From Fibrobacteria bacterium (GTDB taxonomy: Bacteria; Fibrobacterota; Fibrobacteria; UBA11236), in the NCBI GenBank assembly GCA_043745805.1, contig JAYTSD010000008.1, positions 32,001 to 96,000 of the forward strand: DNA of 64,000 bases, read 5' to 3'. Both the position numbers and the translations under genes were made by a program. The notes under the pieces were generated by a model that saw nothing but the letters and a program-made list of their open reading frames with translations, was not told the origin of the DNA and did no database searches. How positions within the stretch are numbered: the first letter of the stretch is position 1; each line of letters opens with the position of its first letter. This document shows positions 1 through 10,382 of this stretch, one piece after another.

Positions 1-1
1 A

Positions 2-589
2 ACCTTTACCCTCGAAAATTCATCGCAAAAACATTTATTTCCATTGTGGGACATCAGTAGTAATGGCATATCGGGGATTCCTCCTATACCCATTGAAAAT
101 GATCAAATTCTTCTATTTGAAGGTTTAGATCAATTCTTCCCTGACTTGCCCAAAACCATACCCTATCGAAGTAAATCTAAAATCATGAGCCATGGAATTG
201 GTTTACAAATCGAAAGTAAAAGTGTGTTCATATTAAATTGTATCAATAGTATTTATCAAGAATTAGAAAAAGCCTCACGTTACTTTGACACTTTATTATT
301 GCATGCTAATAGCTTAAGCAAAAGAATGTTTTTAGAAGAAGGGCTTATGTCCATTGAATTTCTCGACCGTCAATTAAGTCGAAAAAAGCATATTTTAGAA
401 GTATTCATGCCTCAGGAAGATTTTCGGGTTTTTGTAGAAACCATTAATTACCAGGCAGAATTTATTAAAGCAAAAAAAGATCTTGAAGAAAATACCAAAC
501 GAGTGGAGCGCATGCGGCAACATGCCTCTGAGAATAATGATACAATATGCATGTTATTAGATCAATTAAGCAAAAATGATATTAAATAG
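2..589 (+). CDS. Hypothetical protein, probably 5'-truncated by the window edge; C-terminal coiled coil
   Basis: Frame of ORF 44..589 stays open back to position 2; C-terminal charged helical segment; no family recognised. Confidence 0.55.
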   Translation, partial: TFTLENSSQKHLFPLWDISSNGISGIPPIPIENDQILLFEGLDQFFPDLPKTIPYRSKSKIMSHGIGLQIESKSVFILNCINSIYQELEKASRYFDTLLLHANSLSKRMFLEEGLMSIEFLDRQLSRKKHILEVFMPQEDFRVFVETINYQAEFIKAKKDLEENTKRVERMRQHASENNDTICMLLDQLSKNDIK

Positions 590-677
590 TCTCCAAAAAA
601 TACACCTACCGCATGGCTTACCAGTCATTGTTAGTAACTATATATTAAGCCATTTTATATTGGGACTAGGCTAATCT

Positions 678-1151
678 ATGCCAACTAATGTTAAAGTAGA
701 ACATATTAATCCCTTCATCACTTCAACAAAATCGACATTTTCCACTATGTTAAGCACAGAAGTTGTTACTGGAAAATTGTATTTAAAAAAAGGCATGGCT
801 TTGGAGCATGATTTATCGGCAGTAATTCGATTATCAGGAGGTGCAAAGGGAGCGGTAATACTTGGTTTTCAAAAAATTCAGGCCTTAAAGATTGCGAGTA
901 CCTTTGCTGGTCAAAAACTTTTTGCCTTAAGAGAAGACGCAGCAGATGCTTTAGGCGAATTAGGAAGTATCATCGCCGGGTCTGCAAAAAAAGATTTATC
1001 ACAATACAAAATCAATATTTCCCTACCAGAAGTAATACTTAATGGAAACCCTAAATGCAATTCTGTGATTAATTCTGTAGCTTTAGTGATGCCATTTGAA
1101 TGTAGTTTAGGTTCCTTTGATTTAACTGTTTCATTTGTAAGTAATGATTAA
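678..1151 (+). CDS. CheX-family protein with degenerate catalytic motif
   Basis: INPFI start, S-AVIRLSG-G strand, INISLPEVI; E-x-x-N motif reads ELGS; clear paralog of next gene. Confidence 0.85.
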   Translation: MPTNVKVEHINPFITSTKSTFSTMLSTEVVTGKLYLKKGMALEHDLSAVIRLSGGAKGAVILGFQKIQALKIASTFAGQKLFALREDAADALGELGSIIAGSAKKDLSQYKINISLPEVILNGNPKCNSVINSVALVMPFECSLGSFDLTVSFVSND

Positions 1152-1213
1152 AAATTTATTGCATTTTCTAATAACCATGATCTATACTAAATCATTTTCC
1201 GAAAGAGAGCGCT

Positions 1214-1690
1214 ATGGCAAATATATCGGTGAAAGTGGAACATGTGAATCCCTTCATACAATCTACAATGGAAACATTTACTAAAATGGTGGGAATATCC
1301 GCGAAGCCGGGTAAAATCCAATTAAAGCAATCCTCCGCTTTATCATATGATATCAGTGGTATCATTGGATTATCGGGTGGGGCGAAGGGAATGATAGCTT
1401 TAAGCTTTCCCAAAGCTACCGCAATAAAAGTTACCAATAAATTTGTGGGTGTAGATAATACCGAAATGAATGATGACACCGTGGATGCTATGGGTGAATT
1501 AGCAAATATTGTAGCAGGAAATGCTAAAAAGGGCTTGAGTGAATTTAACATTAATATTTCCTTGCCTAGCGTAGTTATGGGTGAACAGCATCAAGTAAAG
1601 GAACCTAAAGATGTATTTTCATTTATTGTTCCTTTTACTACTGAATTAGGGAATTTCGATTTGGCCGTTAGCCTTAAAAGTGAAACTTAA
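1214..1690 (+). CDS. cheX: CheY-P phosphatase CheX
   Basis: VNPFIQS, DISGIIGLSG, intact GELANIVAG (E-x-x-N), ISLPSVV. Confidence 0.92.
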   Translation: MANISVKVEHVNPFIQSTMETFTKMVGISAKPGKIQLKQSSALSYDISGIIGLSGGAKGMIALSFPKATAIKVTNKFVGVDNTEMNDDTVDAMGELANIVAGNAKKGLSEFNINISLPSVVMGEQHQVKEPKDVFSFIVPFTTELGNFDLAVSLKSET

Positions 1691-1704
1691 GAGAGGAATA
1701 CATA

Positions 1705-2070
1705 ATGAAAATATTATTAGCAGATGATTCCAGCACTATGCGTAGAATACAAAAAAACACTTTATCAAAAATTGGTTATACCGATGTCGATGAAGCAGAA
1801 GATGGAGCGGATGCCGTCAAAAAAGTAGTAGCCGGCAAATACGATTTGGTTTTAATGGATTGGAATATGCCTAATATGACTGGCATTGAAGCTTTAAAGA
1901 AAATCAAAGAAATGCCTCAATACAAAACACTTCCCGTAATTATGGTTACTTCGGAATCCGAAAAAACTCGTATTTTGGAAGCAATTCAGGCAGGTGCCGC
2001 AAATTATGTGGTTAAACCCTTTCAACCAGAAACCTTGGAAGAAAAAATTAACGCCATATTTAAAAAATAA
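1705..2070 (+). CDS. cheY: Chemotaxis response regulator CheY
   Basis: 121 aa single receiver: ADD, DWNMPNMTG, MVT, YVVKPF; GAGAGG RBS; chemotaxis context. Confidence 0.93.
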   Translation: MKILLADDSSTMRRIQKNTLSKIGYTDVDEAEDGADAVKKVVAGKYDLVLMDWNMPNMTGIEALKKIKEMPQYKTLPVIMVTSESEKTRILEAIQAGAANYVVKPFQPETLEEKINAIFKK

Positions 2071-2075
2071 ATATC

Positions 2076-2103
2076 TTGCCTTAGTGATTTTTTTCTAAGG
2101 CAA
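2076..2103 (+). terminator. Inverted repeat after cheY (possible terminator or processing stem)
   Basis: TTGCCTTAG-N10-CTAAGGCAA, 9 bp perfect stem just after cheY stop; U-tract weak. Confidence 0.5.
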
Positions 2104-2166
2104 AAGTCTGTTTTGGTTGTACTAGTTATTTTATTTGACTTGATTTTTTTTGTTATAGGATAACTT

Positions 2167-2658
2167 TTGAGCGAAGAAAAAGCAAATAACCCTGAAGTTA
2201 ACCCAGCTGAAAATACTGCGGTAAATAATGCAGTGAGTCAATCAAATGAATCGCCAATCATACTGATTGTCGAAGACAATAATCTACAAATCCGAACCTA
2301 TCAGCAAATGTTTAAAGGCTCTAAGGACTTACAGAAATATAAATTGGTTGTTGCCAATGATGGTAATTCAGCTTTGCAAATATTACAGGCAAGTAAAAAA
2401 TCTGATAAACCAGTATTAATTCTTTTAGATTCAGTTATGACGGGTTTAAGCGGTCCCAGTTTTTTAGTCCATATCAAAAAAGATGCGCGTTGGAATAAGA
2501 TTCCAGTTATTATGGCCAGTAGTAATGGTGGACGTGAAGCGGTCGTTGATGCCTATAGTAAGGGTGCCGCCGATTATATCATAAAACCCATAGAGGTAAA
2601 TTTATTAATTATAAAGATTAATAAAATACTTAATAAAGTTCCTGATAAAACCCCTTAG
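2167..2658 (+). CDS. Stand-alone receiver-domain protein with N-terminal low-complexity extension
   Basis: ILIVED, LILLD, IMASS, YIIKP receiver motifs; TTG start after AGGA. Confidence 0.85.
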   Translation: MSEEKANNPEVNPAENTAVNNAVSQSNESPIILIVEDNNLQIRTYQQMFKGSKDLQKYKLVVANDGNSALQILQASKKSDKPVLILLDSVMTGLSGPSFLVHIKKDARWNKIPVIMASSNGGREAVVDAYSKGAADYIIKPIEVNLLIIKINKILNKVPDKTP

Positions 2659-2777
2659 CTTTTCCATTCTAAATTTCCAATTCATTCTCGAAAAAAAAAT
2701 AATGCTCTACATATTTTTTTATGGTCGTTTTTTTTTCCAAGGTGTAACATAAAGCGTCAATAACCCTAGGGGAAATT

Positions 2778-5084
2778 ATGTCCGCTTCCGAAATGGATGA
2801 TATTATCAAAGACTTTCTCATGGAAAGTTATGAAAACTTAGACACCTTAGATCGTGATTTTATTGCCCTAGAAGAAAATCCCACTGATAAAGATAAATTG
2901 GGTAGTATTTTTCGCACAATTCATTCAATAAAAGGAACCTGCGGATTTTTGGGATTTAGTAAACTTGAAAAAGTAGCGCATACGGGTGAAAATTTATTAT
3001 CCAAATTGCGGGACGGGCAAATGGCACTCAGTCCTCAAATCACTAGTGCTTTATTAAATCTTGTGGATGCGGTTCGCCAAATTTTAGGACATATTGAAAA
3101 TGAACATCAAGAAGGCGGTGAAGATTTTACACCACTTATTCAAAAGCTAACAGTTTTATATAGCGGTGTGGCTGTTGAAATACCAAGTGTAAAACCCATT
3201 GGAGAAATCTTAGTGGAGGGCGGGAAAATTCAGCCCGAACAATTAGCCGTGGCCATTCAAGCCCAGCAAGACGGTGACCCACGCCATGTGGGAGAAATTC
3301 TAATTGAAAAGGGTTCCGTGGAATCCGGTGCAGTAAAAGAAGCGCTACAAGAACAAAAAACTGCTCAAGGCAAGGTAACTTCTATTTCCGAAAGTACTTT
3401 GCGTGTCGAAGTAAATTTATTAGATAAATTAATGAATCGCGTTGGTGAATTAGTACTTTCTCGCAATGAACTAAATGCTCTATCAGCTCTAAGTCAGAAC
3501 CCTGCATTAGTGGCGGCCACACAAAGATTGAATCATATTACTTCTGAATTGCAAGAAGGCTTGATGAAAACTCGCATGCAACCAATTAGTTCGGTATGGG
3601 GAAAGTTTCCACGTGTGGTACGTGATTTATCTCAAGCATTGGGTAAAAATATTCGCTTGGAAATGGAAGGTCAAGAAACCGAACTTGATAAAAGTTTATT
3701 GGAAGCCATTAAAGACCCATTAACTCACATGGTACGTAACTCCGTGGATCATGGAATCGAAATGCCAGAAAAGCGATTAGCCGGAGGCAAACCATCCGAA
3801 GGTAAACTCTCCTTACGCGCCTTTCATGAAGGCGGCCAAGTTATTATTGAAATCATTGATGATGGCGGAGGAATATCTGCTGAAAAGATAAAATCAAAAG
3901 CATTAGAGAAAGGTTTAATCTCTGCTGATCAAGCGCATAATATGTCGGAAAAAGAAGCATTGGATCTTATTTTCTTACCAGGTTTTTCTACTGCTGAAAA
4001 AGTCACCAATGTTTCGGGGCGTGGCGTAGGTATGGATGTTGTGCGCACTAATATTGAAAAAATTTCTGGCTCGGTAGAAATTCAAAGTAAAATGGGACAA
4101 GGCTCAACCTTTAAAATTAAAATCCCCTTAACCTTAGCCATCATCCCTGCACTTTTAATCAAATGTCGAGCGCAATCGTTTTCCATCCCTCAAGTAAATT
4201 TATTAGAACTTATTCGTGTAGAAGGTGAGAAAATTAAACAGTCTATAGAATATATTGATGGATCTTCAGTATATCGCTTACGCGGAAATTTATTGCCCTT
4301 AATTCATTTGGAAGAAGCGCTTCAATTAGGCATACCTGAAAAAAATCCAGAAACAATTCATATTGTTGTTCTACAGGCGGATGAACATCAATTCGGACTA
4401 GTTGTAGATAAAATTTTGGATAGCCAAGAAATTGTGGTAAAGCCGCTTGATAAACATTTGGCAGATTTGGAAGTCTATGCGGGTGCAACCATATTAGGTA
4501 CCGGAAAAGTTTCCCTTATTTTAGATGTGATGGGTGTCGCACGAAAATCGAATATTTTCTCAAGTGCTCGAGGTAGGCCTAGCCTCGAAAAAAAGGAAAA
4601 CAAAGATATCCATTCGGATTTACAATCACTTTTAGTTTTCCGTAGTAAGGATGACGGGCGGATTGCCGTGCCCTTGGAAAATGTAATTCGCTTAGAAGAG
4701 CTTCCCGCCAACACCATTGAACATTCTGGGGATCAGGATGTAATTCAATACCGTGAAAGTATTTTACCCCTTTTCTTTGTAGAGAAATTGTTACCCGAAA
4801 GGCGCAAACGCGAAAGAGACAAAGCTGAACTCACGGGTGATATTCCCGTGATCATTTATCGCTTAGCTGGTAATCGTTCAATAGGATTAGTTGTAGGACA
4901 AATAGTCGACATTGTGGAAACTGCTTTGGAAGTAAAACAGCCTCCTGCTCGTGAAGGTGTACTATTTTCATCGATCATTGAAGGCCGAGTAACAGAAATG
5001 CTAGATGTAGATTACTTAGCTAAGAAAAAAGACCCGCACTTTTTTGAACGTCAAATTAAACTTTCCAATGAGGACAAAGTATGA
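2778..5084 (+). CDS. cheA: Chemotaxis histidine kinase CheA (Hpt, MshEN-like insert, dimerisation, HATPase, two CheW domains)
   Basis: IFRTIHSIKG Hpt, LDKLMNRVGELV, HMVRNSVDHGIE, GFSTAEKVTNVSGRGVGMDVV, two CheW-like domains. Confidence 0.97.
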   Translation: MSASEMDDIIKDFLMESYENLDTLDRDFIALEENPTDKDKLGSIFRTIHSIKGTCGFLGFSKLEKVAHTGENLLSKLRDGQMALSPQITSALLNLVDAVRQILGHIENEHQEGGEDFTPLIQKLTVLYSGVAVEIPSVKPIGEILVEGGKIQPEQLAVAIQAQQDGDPRHVGEILIEKGSVESGAVKEALQEQKTAQGKVTSISESTLRVEVNLLDKLMNRVGELVLSRNELNALSALSQNPALVAATQRLNHITSELQEGLMKTRMQPISSVWGKFPRVVRDLSQALGKNIRLEMEGQETELDKSLLEAIKDPLTHMVRNSVDHGIEMPEKRLAGGKPSEGKLSLRAFHEGGQVIIEIIDDGGGISAEKIKSKALEKGLISADQAHNMSEKEALDLIFLPGFSTAEKVTNVSGRGVGMDVVRTNIEKISGSVEIQSKMGQGSTFKIKIPLTLAIIPALLIKCRAQSFSIPQVNLLELIRVEGEKIKQSIEYIDGSSVYRLRGNLLPLIHLEEALQLGIPEKNPETIHIVVLQADEHQFGLVVDKILDSQEIVVKPLDKHLADLEVYAGATILGTGKVSLILDVMGVARKSNIFSSARGRPSLEKKENKDIHSDLQSLLVFRSKDDGRIAVPLENVIRLEELPANTIEHSGDQDVIQYRESILPLFFVEKLLPERRKRERDKAELTGDIPVIIYRLAGNRSIGLVVGQIVDIVETALEVKQPPAREGVLFSSIIEGRVTEMLDVDYLAKKKDPHFFERQIKLSNEDKV

Positions 5085-5500
5085 GTCGTCAATTTTGCAC
5101 ATTTTATTTAGAAGATATGTTGTTTGGCATTGACATCAATGAAATACAAGAAATTTTACGGCCCGCTGAACTTATGCCGGTTCCCTTGGCGAAAAAAGTA
5201 ATTGGAGGTCTGCTAAATTTACGCGGACAAATTTTATTAACTGTAAATCTTCGAGAAAAACTTGGCCTCTCTGCACGCGCCATCGATAAAAAACCCATGA
5301 ATGTAATTTTGCGAACACCCGATGGAGCGGTGAGTTTAGAAGTTGATAAAATTGGGGATGTAGTAGAAGCTGATGAAAAAAGACGCGATCCAGTACCGAA
5401 TCATTTACATGAAATTGTACAAAAGAATTTGAGCGAAGTTTATTTATTGCAAGATAAGCTTTTGCTCGTTATGGATACCGAACGTATTATGGATTTTTAA
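5081..5500 (+). CDS. cheW: Chemotaxis coupling protein CheW
   Basis: FGIDINEIQEI, VPLA..GLLNLRGQI; ATGA overlap with cheA. Confidence 0.95.
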   Translation: MSRQFCTFYLEDMLFGIDINEIQEILRPAELMPVPLAKKVIGGLLNLRGQILLTVNLREKLGLSARAIDKKPMNVILRTPDGAVSLEVDKIGDVVEADEKRRDPVPNHLHEIVQKNLSEVYLLQDKLLLVMDTERIMDF

Positions 5501-5545
5501 ATTCAGACTAAACAAAAAATTAATTCTTATAAAAGGGAAGTATAA

Positions 5546-7495
5546 TTGCAATTTAAAAGTATTCAAGTAAAACTTATTGTGCTTTTTGGTAGCCTAGCTC
5601 TTTTAGCACCGGCATTAGTCGGTTATTTTGCCTACCATAAAAGTCATAACAAAATACTCCAGAAAAGCGGAGAGTTCCTAACTCTCTCTGCACAACAAAC
5701 TATGGATAAGGTGGAAAGAAATTTATATGAAAGATATGGGGATGCACAATCCTTAGCTTTTTCACCACTAGCTCGCGGCAACGCTAAAGATATTGAAAGC
5801 GCTGCAAATTTTTTTGTGCAATCTTATGGCCAATATGATTTAGCTATGGCCGTTGATTTAGAGGGCAAGGTTATTGCTGTTAATACCGTAAATTATAAAG
5901 GTGAAAAAATTCCTTCCGAAACTTTGATTGGAAAAAGTGTGAAAGGTGAAGCTTGGTTTGAAGCAATTATTTCCGGCAAAATAACCAAAGGCAAAACCTA
6001 TTATTCGGATCTTTATGAAGACGCTTGGGTAAAGGATATTTATCAAAATCAAGGACTTGCCATGAATTTTTCAGCGCCAATATATGATGAAACAGGAAAA
6101 ATAATTCGTATTTGGTCTAATAGAATATCCTGGGAAAGATGTGGCATTGCTATTATGCATTCCTTGCAAGAGATGCTAAAGAAAGACGGCATTCAAACCG
6201 CAGAAACCCAGATAATTTCTAAAGATGGATTAATACTTGAAGATGAGGATCAAAGTGCAATTTTGCATGTTAATCTTAAGGAAAAAGGCCTGCAAGCGGC
6301 AACAAAAGCCATTCAAGGCGAACAAGGTTTCACTCAAGAAATGCATAAAAGAAAAAAAATTATACAAATAAACGGTTATGCTCCCTCGAAAGGCTTTGCA
6401 AGTTACCCTGGCTTAGGGTGGTCTATTTTGGTTCGCCAAAATTTACATGAAGCCTTAAACGAAATTAATGTTATTCGTAATTTTATAATTTTGATAAGCT
6501 TATTAATTGGTGGAGTGGGTATTACGCTTGCCATTTGGACCAGCCAAGGAATTATTCGACCATTAAGAATAATTGTAGAGGCGCTTGCAAAAGTAGCCAA
6601 TGGAGATTTATCCACAAGAATTAAAATTCACAGGCGAGATGAAATTGGGCAAATGGCCACGGCTTTGGATAAATCCTTAGAAAAAATTTCCGGTACTTTT
6701 CAATCTATCAATGTTAGCAGCGCACAAATGTTCAGTTCAGCGGAATCCTTAAATGCAGTAAGTCAAATGATGGGTGCCACTGCAGAAGAAACCTCTGCTC
6801 AAGCAACATCCGTCGCCAGCGAAGCCGATCAAGTTAGCACTAGTGTCAATACTATGGCTTCGGGCACCGAAGAAATGGCTGCGACCATAAAGGAAATCAC
6901 AGAAAATGCAACCTCAGCGGCTACGGTTGCCTTAGATGCTGTGCAAAAAGTACAAATCGCAAATGAAGCCATGACTAGGTTAAATCAAAGCAGTATAAAT
7001 ATTGGAGCTATAATTAAATTAATTAATTCCATTGCCGAACAAACTAATTTACTGGCCTTGAATGCTACAATAGAGGCTGCAAGAGCTGGAGAAGCAGGTA
7101 AAGGCTTTGCCGTAGTGGCCAGTGAAGTAAAAGAACTCGCTAAAGGAACAGCCAATGCCACAGAGGATGTGAATAAACAAGTACTTGCTATTCAAAATGA
7201 AGTGCAATCGGCTATGCAAATGATTCAACAAGTAAATACCACGGTAAATAAAATATCCGATTTGCAAAATATTATTGCTGAAGCAGTCGAGGAGCAAAGT
7301 GCCACCACCAAGGAAATGGGAGGAAGCATCTCACTTGTGGCTAAAGGGAGTAATGAAATTGCTCAAAACATTAAAGGTCTGGCTCAGGCAGCGCAAGACA
7401 CCTCTGAAGGAGCTGCAAAAACGCAATTGGCCTCAACAGAATTAAACCAAATGGCCCTGCATTTAAACCAACTTATTTCTGAATTTAAATGCTAA
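5546..7495 (+). CDS. Methyl-accepting chemotaxis protein, probable Cache-type periplasmic sensor
   Basis: Two TM segments around ~280 aa periplasmic domain, HAMP (DEIGQMA), [30 protein letters not shown] tip. Confidence 0.95.
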   Translation: MQFKSIQVKLIVLFGSLALLAPALVGYFAYHKSHNKILQKSGEFLTLSAQQTMDKVERNLYERYGDAQSLAFSPLARGNAKDIESAANFFVQSYGQYDLAMAVDLEGKVIAVNTVNYKGEKIPSETLIGKSVKGEAWFEAIISGKITKGKTYYSDLYEDAWVKDIYQNQGLAMNFSAPIYDETGKIIRIWSNRISWERCGIAIMHSLQEMLKKDGIQTAETQIISKDGLILEDEDQSAILHVNLKEKGLQAATKAIQGEQGFTQEMHKRKKIIQINGYAPSKGFASYPGLGWSILVRQNLHEALNEINVIRNFIILISLLIGGVGITLAIWTSQGIIRPLRIIVEALAKVANGDLSTRIKIHRRDEIGQMATALDKSLEKISGTFQSINVSSAQMFSSAESLNAVSQMMGATAEETSAQATSVASEADQVSTSVNTMASGTEEMAATIKEITENATSAATVALDAVQKVQIANEAMTRLNQSSINIGAIIKLINSIAEQTNLLALNATIEAARAGEAGKGFAVVASEVKELAKGTANATEDVNKQVLAIQNEVQSAMQMIQQVNTTVNKISDLQNIIAEAVEEQSATTKEMGGSISLVAKGSNEIAQNIKGLAQAAQDTSEGAAKTQLASTELNQMALHLNQLISEFKC

Positions 7496-7628
7496 TCCAT
7501 TTAATTAGTACTTAACAAAATGAATTAGCATATAAATCATATTGACAATATAGCAAGTCATCAAGAATAATCATTTGTGTTAACTTAAAAATTTTACTGA
7601 TTTTCAAAAATTCCAATTTGGAGTAAAA

Positions 7629-9194
7629 ATGCAATGGACAATTAAAAAACGATTATATGCTTTAAGTCTCGCTGGAATAACATTAGTTATTAGCATGGGT
7701 GTATTAGCAAATCAACAAATTAATACTATTAATAAGCAGACTAAAGTTATGCTTACCGATTTATTAGCTTCGCGCCATCATTCGATAAGTGATATGATGC
7801 ACGATGCTTTACGTGCCGATGTGTTCTCTGCTTTGCTGTCACAAAATGAAGAAGAGAAAAAAAATGCAGTGGAGCATAATAAAGATCATGCAGAAATTTT
7901 TAGACATGAGCAAGAAGAAAATCGCAAATTAGATTTAAATCCTGCTATACGTGCCCTTATAAGTGATGCCGAACCTGCCATTGAAGAGTATATCAAATCT
8001 TCAGAAAAAATCGTGGCGCTCTCCATGCAGGATGCCAAAGCAGGTCATGAAGCATTTCCTGCTTTTGATGCCATATTTAAAATGCTGGAAGAAAAAATGG
8101 GGAAAATGGGTGAGGATATTGCTGCCGCTGCGGATAAAGAAGTTAATCAAAATGACAAGGTTATCAGTAAGTGCCGAAACATTTTAATTGCATTAGGTGT
8201 TTTTGCCACCTTGCTTCTTTCTATTTTTGCGCACTTTATTATGCGCAGTATTATTCTTCCTTTAGGTAAAACTGTGAAAGTTTTAGATGAATTAGCAGAT
8301 GGAAATTTAACTACACGTTTAGACATTAATGGCACCGATGAAATTGGTCAAATGGCTAAAGCCCTTAATCGCAGCATTGAAAACATTAGGATTACCTTAA
8401 AGGCTATTGATGAGCATTCTGAAACCTTATCCTTTTCCTCCAAAGAATTAACTGAAGTCAGCAAACATATGGCCGGTAATGCCGAACATACCTCCAAGCA
8501 AATGGAAGTTGTAGCGCGCGGATCGAATGATGTAAATATAAATGTACAGTCATTGGCCAGCGGCACCGAAGAAATGGGCGCCAGCATCCAAGAAATTGCT
8601 CACACAGCCGGTGATGCGGCCAAGGTAGCCGGTGATGCTGTACAAATGGTAGACCAAGCTAATTTAAGCGTACAACGGTTAGGTGAAAGTAGTAGCCGTA
8701 TTGGCAATATTATTAAAATGATTACTTCCATAGCTGAACAAACCAATTTATTGGCTCTCAATGCTACTATTGAAGCTGCGCGCGCAGGTGAGGCAGGTAA
8801 AGGGTTTGCGGTCGTAGCGAATGAAGTTAAAGAATTAGCCAAAGAAACCGCAAAAGCAACTGATGAAATTAGCAAGCAAGTGGGTGGCATTCAAAGTGAA
8901 ACCCAAAGCACCGTTGAAGTAATGGTAAGAATTAGTGATATTATTAGTAAAATTAGTGAAATGCAAACTACCATTGCCGGAGCAGTAGAAGAACAAAGCG
9001 CCACCACCAAGGAGATTTCGGGTAATATCTCGATGGCAGCACGCGGCAGTTTGGAAATTACGGGAAGCATTGATGATGTGGTTAAAGCGGCTAAAGAGGC
9101 AAATTCTGATTCCGTTAAAAGTTTAGAATCCGCCAATCAATTTGCCCTAATGTCTGATGATTTTAAAAAATTAGTTCATCGCTTTAAGCTCTGA
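7629..9194 (+). CDS. Methyl-accepting chemotaxis protein, four-helix-bundle-type sensor
   Basis: Two TM, ~150 aa helical periplasmic domain, HAMP, conserved signalling tip. Confidence 0.95.
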   Translation: MQWTIKKRLYALSLAGITLVISMGVLANQQINTINKQTKVMLTDLLASRHHSISDMMHDALRADVFSALLSQNEEEKKNAVEHNKDHAEIFRHEQEENRKLDLNPAIRALISDAEPAIEEYIKSSEKIVALSMQDAKAGHEAFPAFDAIFKMLEEKMGKMGEDIAAAADKEVNQNDKVISKCRNILIALGVFATLLLSIFAHFIMRSIILPLGKTVKVLDELADGNLTTRLDINGTDEIGQMAKALNRSIENIRITLKAIDEHSETLSFSSKELTEVSKHMAGNAEHTSKQMEVVARGSNDVNINVQSLASGTEEMGASIQEIAHTAGDAAKVAGDAVQMVDQANLSVQRLGESSSRIGNIIKMITSIAEQTNLLALNATIEAARAGEAGKGFAVVANEVKELAKETAKATDEISKQVGGIQSETQSTVEVMVRISDIISKISEMQTTIAGAVEEQSATTKEISGNISMAARGSLEITGSIDDVVKAAKEANSDSVKSLESANQFALMSDDFKKLVHRFKL

Positions 9195-9198
9195 CATT

Positions 9199-9221
9199 AG
9201 CAAATTAAAATTTAATTTGCT
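9199..9221. repeat. Perfect AT-rich palindrome between MCP and cheB
   Basis: AGCAAATTAAA-A-TTTAATTTGCT. Confidence 0.6.
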
Positions 9222-9291
9222 GCCAATGAGCTCCATAATTATCAGCCGTCTTTTATTAAAAATGAGATAAAATTTTTAAGGTTTTAAATAA

Positions 9292-10365
9292 ATGATTATG
9301 CAAGTAGAAAAAAAGAAAATATTTGTAGTCGACGATACATCCGTAATTCGAATGTTATTAACTAAAATCATTAATTCAGCCCCCGATATGGAAGTAGTTT
9401 CAACCGCCAGTAATGGGCGTTTCGCCTTAGAAAAATTAAAAAGCATAAAACCAGACTTAATCATTTTGGATCAGGAAATGCCAGAAATGGACGGCATGGA
9501 AACATTAACTCACGTGTTACAGGTATTTCCAAAAATGCCGGTCATAATGTTTAGCGCGCTTTCGGAAAAAGGTGGAAAATTTACCTTAGATGCTTTAGCT
9601 AAAGGTGCGGCGGATTATTTATCCAAGCCCGCCAATATGGGGAGCCCTGAGCAAGCCACTGAATATGTGAGTCAACAGCTTTTGCCAAAAATTCGTTCAC
9701 TTTTAAAAATGGTGAAAACTGAAGAAAAAAAACATTTTGCTCCATTAACCCCTTCCCCATTCAAATCAAACTCTAACCGTAAACTTATTAGTAAAATTAA
9801 AATTATCGCTATCGGTGTTTCAACCGGTGGTCCAAATGCATTGGCCGAATTAATGCCTAGGTTTCCCAAAAATTTATCTGTGCCTATTGTGATTGTACAA
9901 CATATGCCTCCCATTTTTACTCGTCTCTTGGCGGAAAGATTAACTACTAAATGCCAAATCCCTATTTATGAAGGCATACCGGGCATGTTACTCGAACCCG
10001 GCAAAGCCTATTTGGCCCCCGGTGATTATCATATGGTATTAGAACAAAATGGAAATAAGGTGCAAATCGGAACTCAACAAGAAGCGCCTGAAAATTCTTG
10101 TCGTCCAGCTGTCGATGTTTTATTCAGAAGTGTAGCGAAAATTTATGGCTCCTCCACTTTAGGCGTTATTCTTACGGGAATGGGGCAAGATGGCCTTATT
10201 GGATCACAACTCATTAAAGCACAGGGCGGCTATATTTTAGCGCAAGATGAGGCTAGCAGCGTAGTTTGGGGCATGCCAGGTGCAGTATCTAAGCATGGTG
10301 TTGCTGAAGAAATTTTACCGCTTAATCAAATCGGCGAAAGAGTCATGCAAATTTTATTAAAATAA
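9292..10365 (+). CDS. cheB: Chemotaxis methylesterase CheB with receiver domain
   Basis: Receiver (VVDD, LDQEMPEMDG) plus catalytic GVSTGGP, VQHMP, LTGMGQDG. Confidence 0.96.
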   Translation: MIMQVEKKKIFVVDDTSVIRMLLTKIINSAPDMEVVSTASNGRFALEKLKSIKPDLIILDQEMPEMDGMETLTHVLQVFPKMPVIMFSALSEKGGKFTLDALAKGAADYLSKPANMGSPEQATEYVSQQLLPKIRSLLKMVKTEEKKHFAPLTPSPFKSNSNRKLISKIKIIAIGVSTGGPNALAELMPRFPKNLSVPIVIVQHMPPIFTRLLAERLTTKCQIPIYEGIPGMLLEPGKAYLAPGDYHMVLEQNGNKVQIGTQQEAPENSCRPAVDVLFRSVAKIYGSSTLGVILTGMGQDGLIGSQLIKAQGGYILAQDEASSVVWGMPGAVSKHGVAEEILPLNQIGERVMQILLK

Positions 10366-10382
10366 AAAATCACTGCGCCAGT

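Noticed and set aside
7542-7575. Internal promoter or Fur-like box before the second MCP (TTGACA...AATAATCATT)
   Set aside because: Weak -10 and only a partial Fur match in very AT-rich DNA
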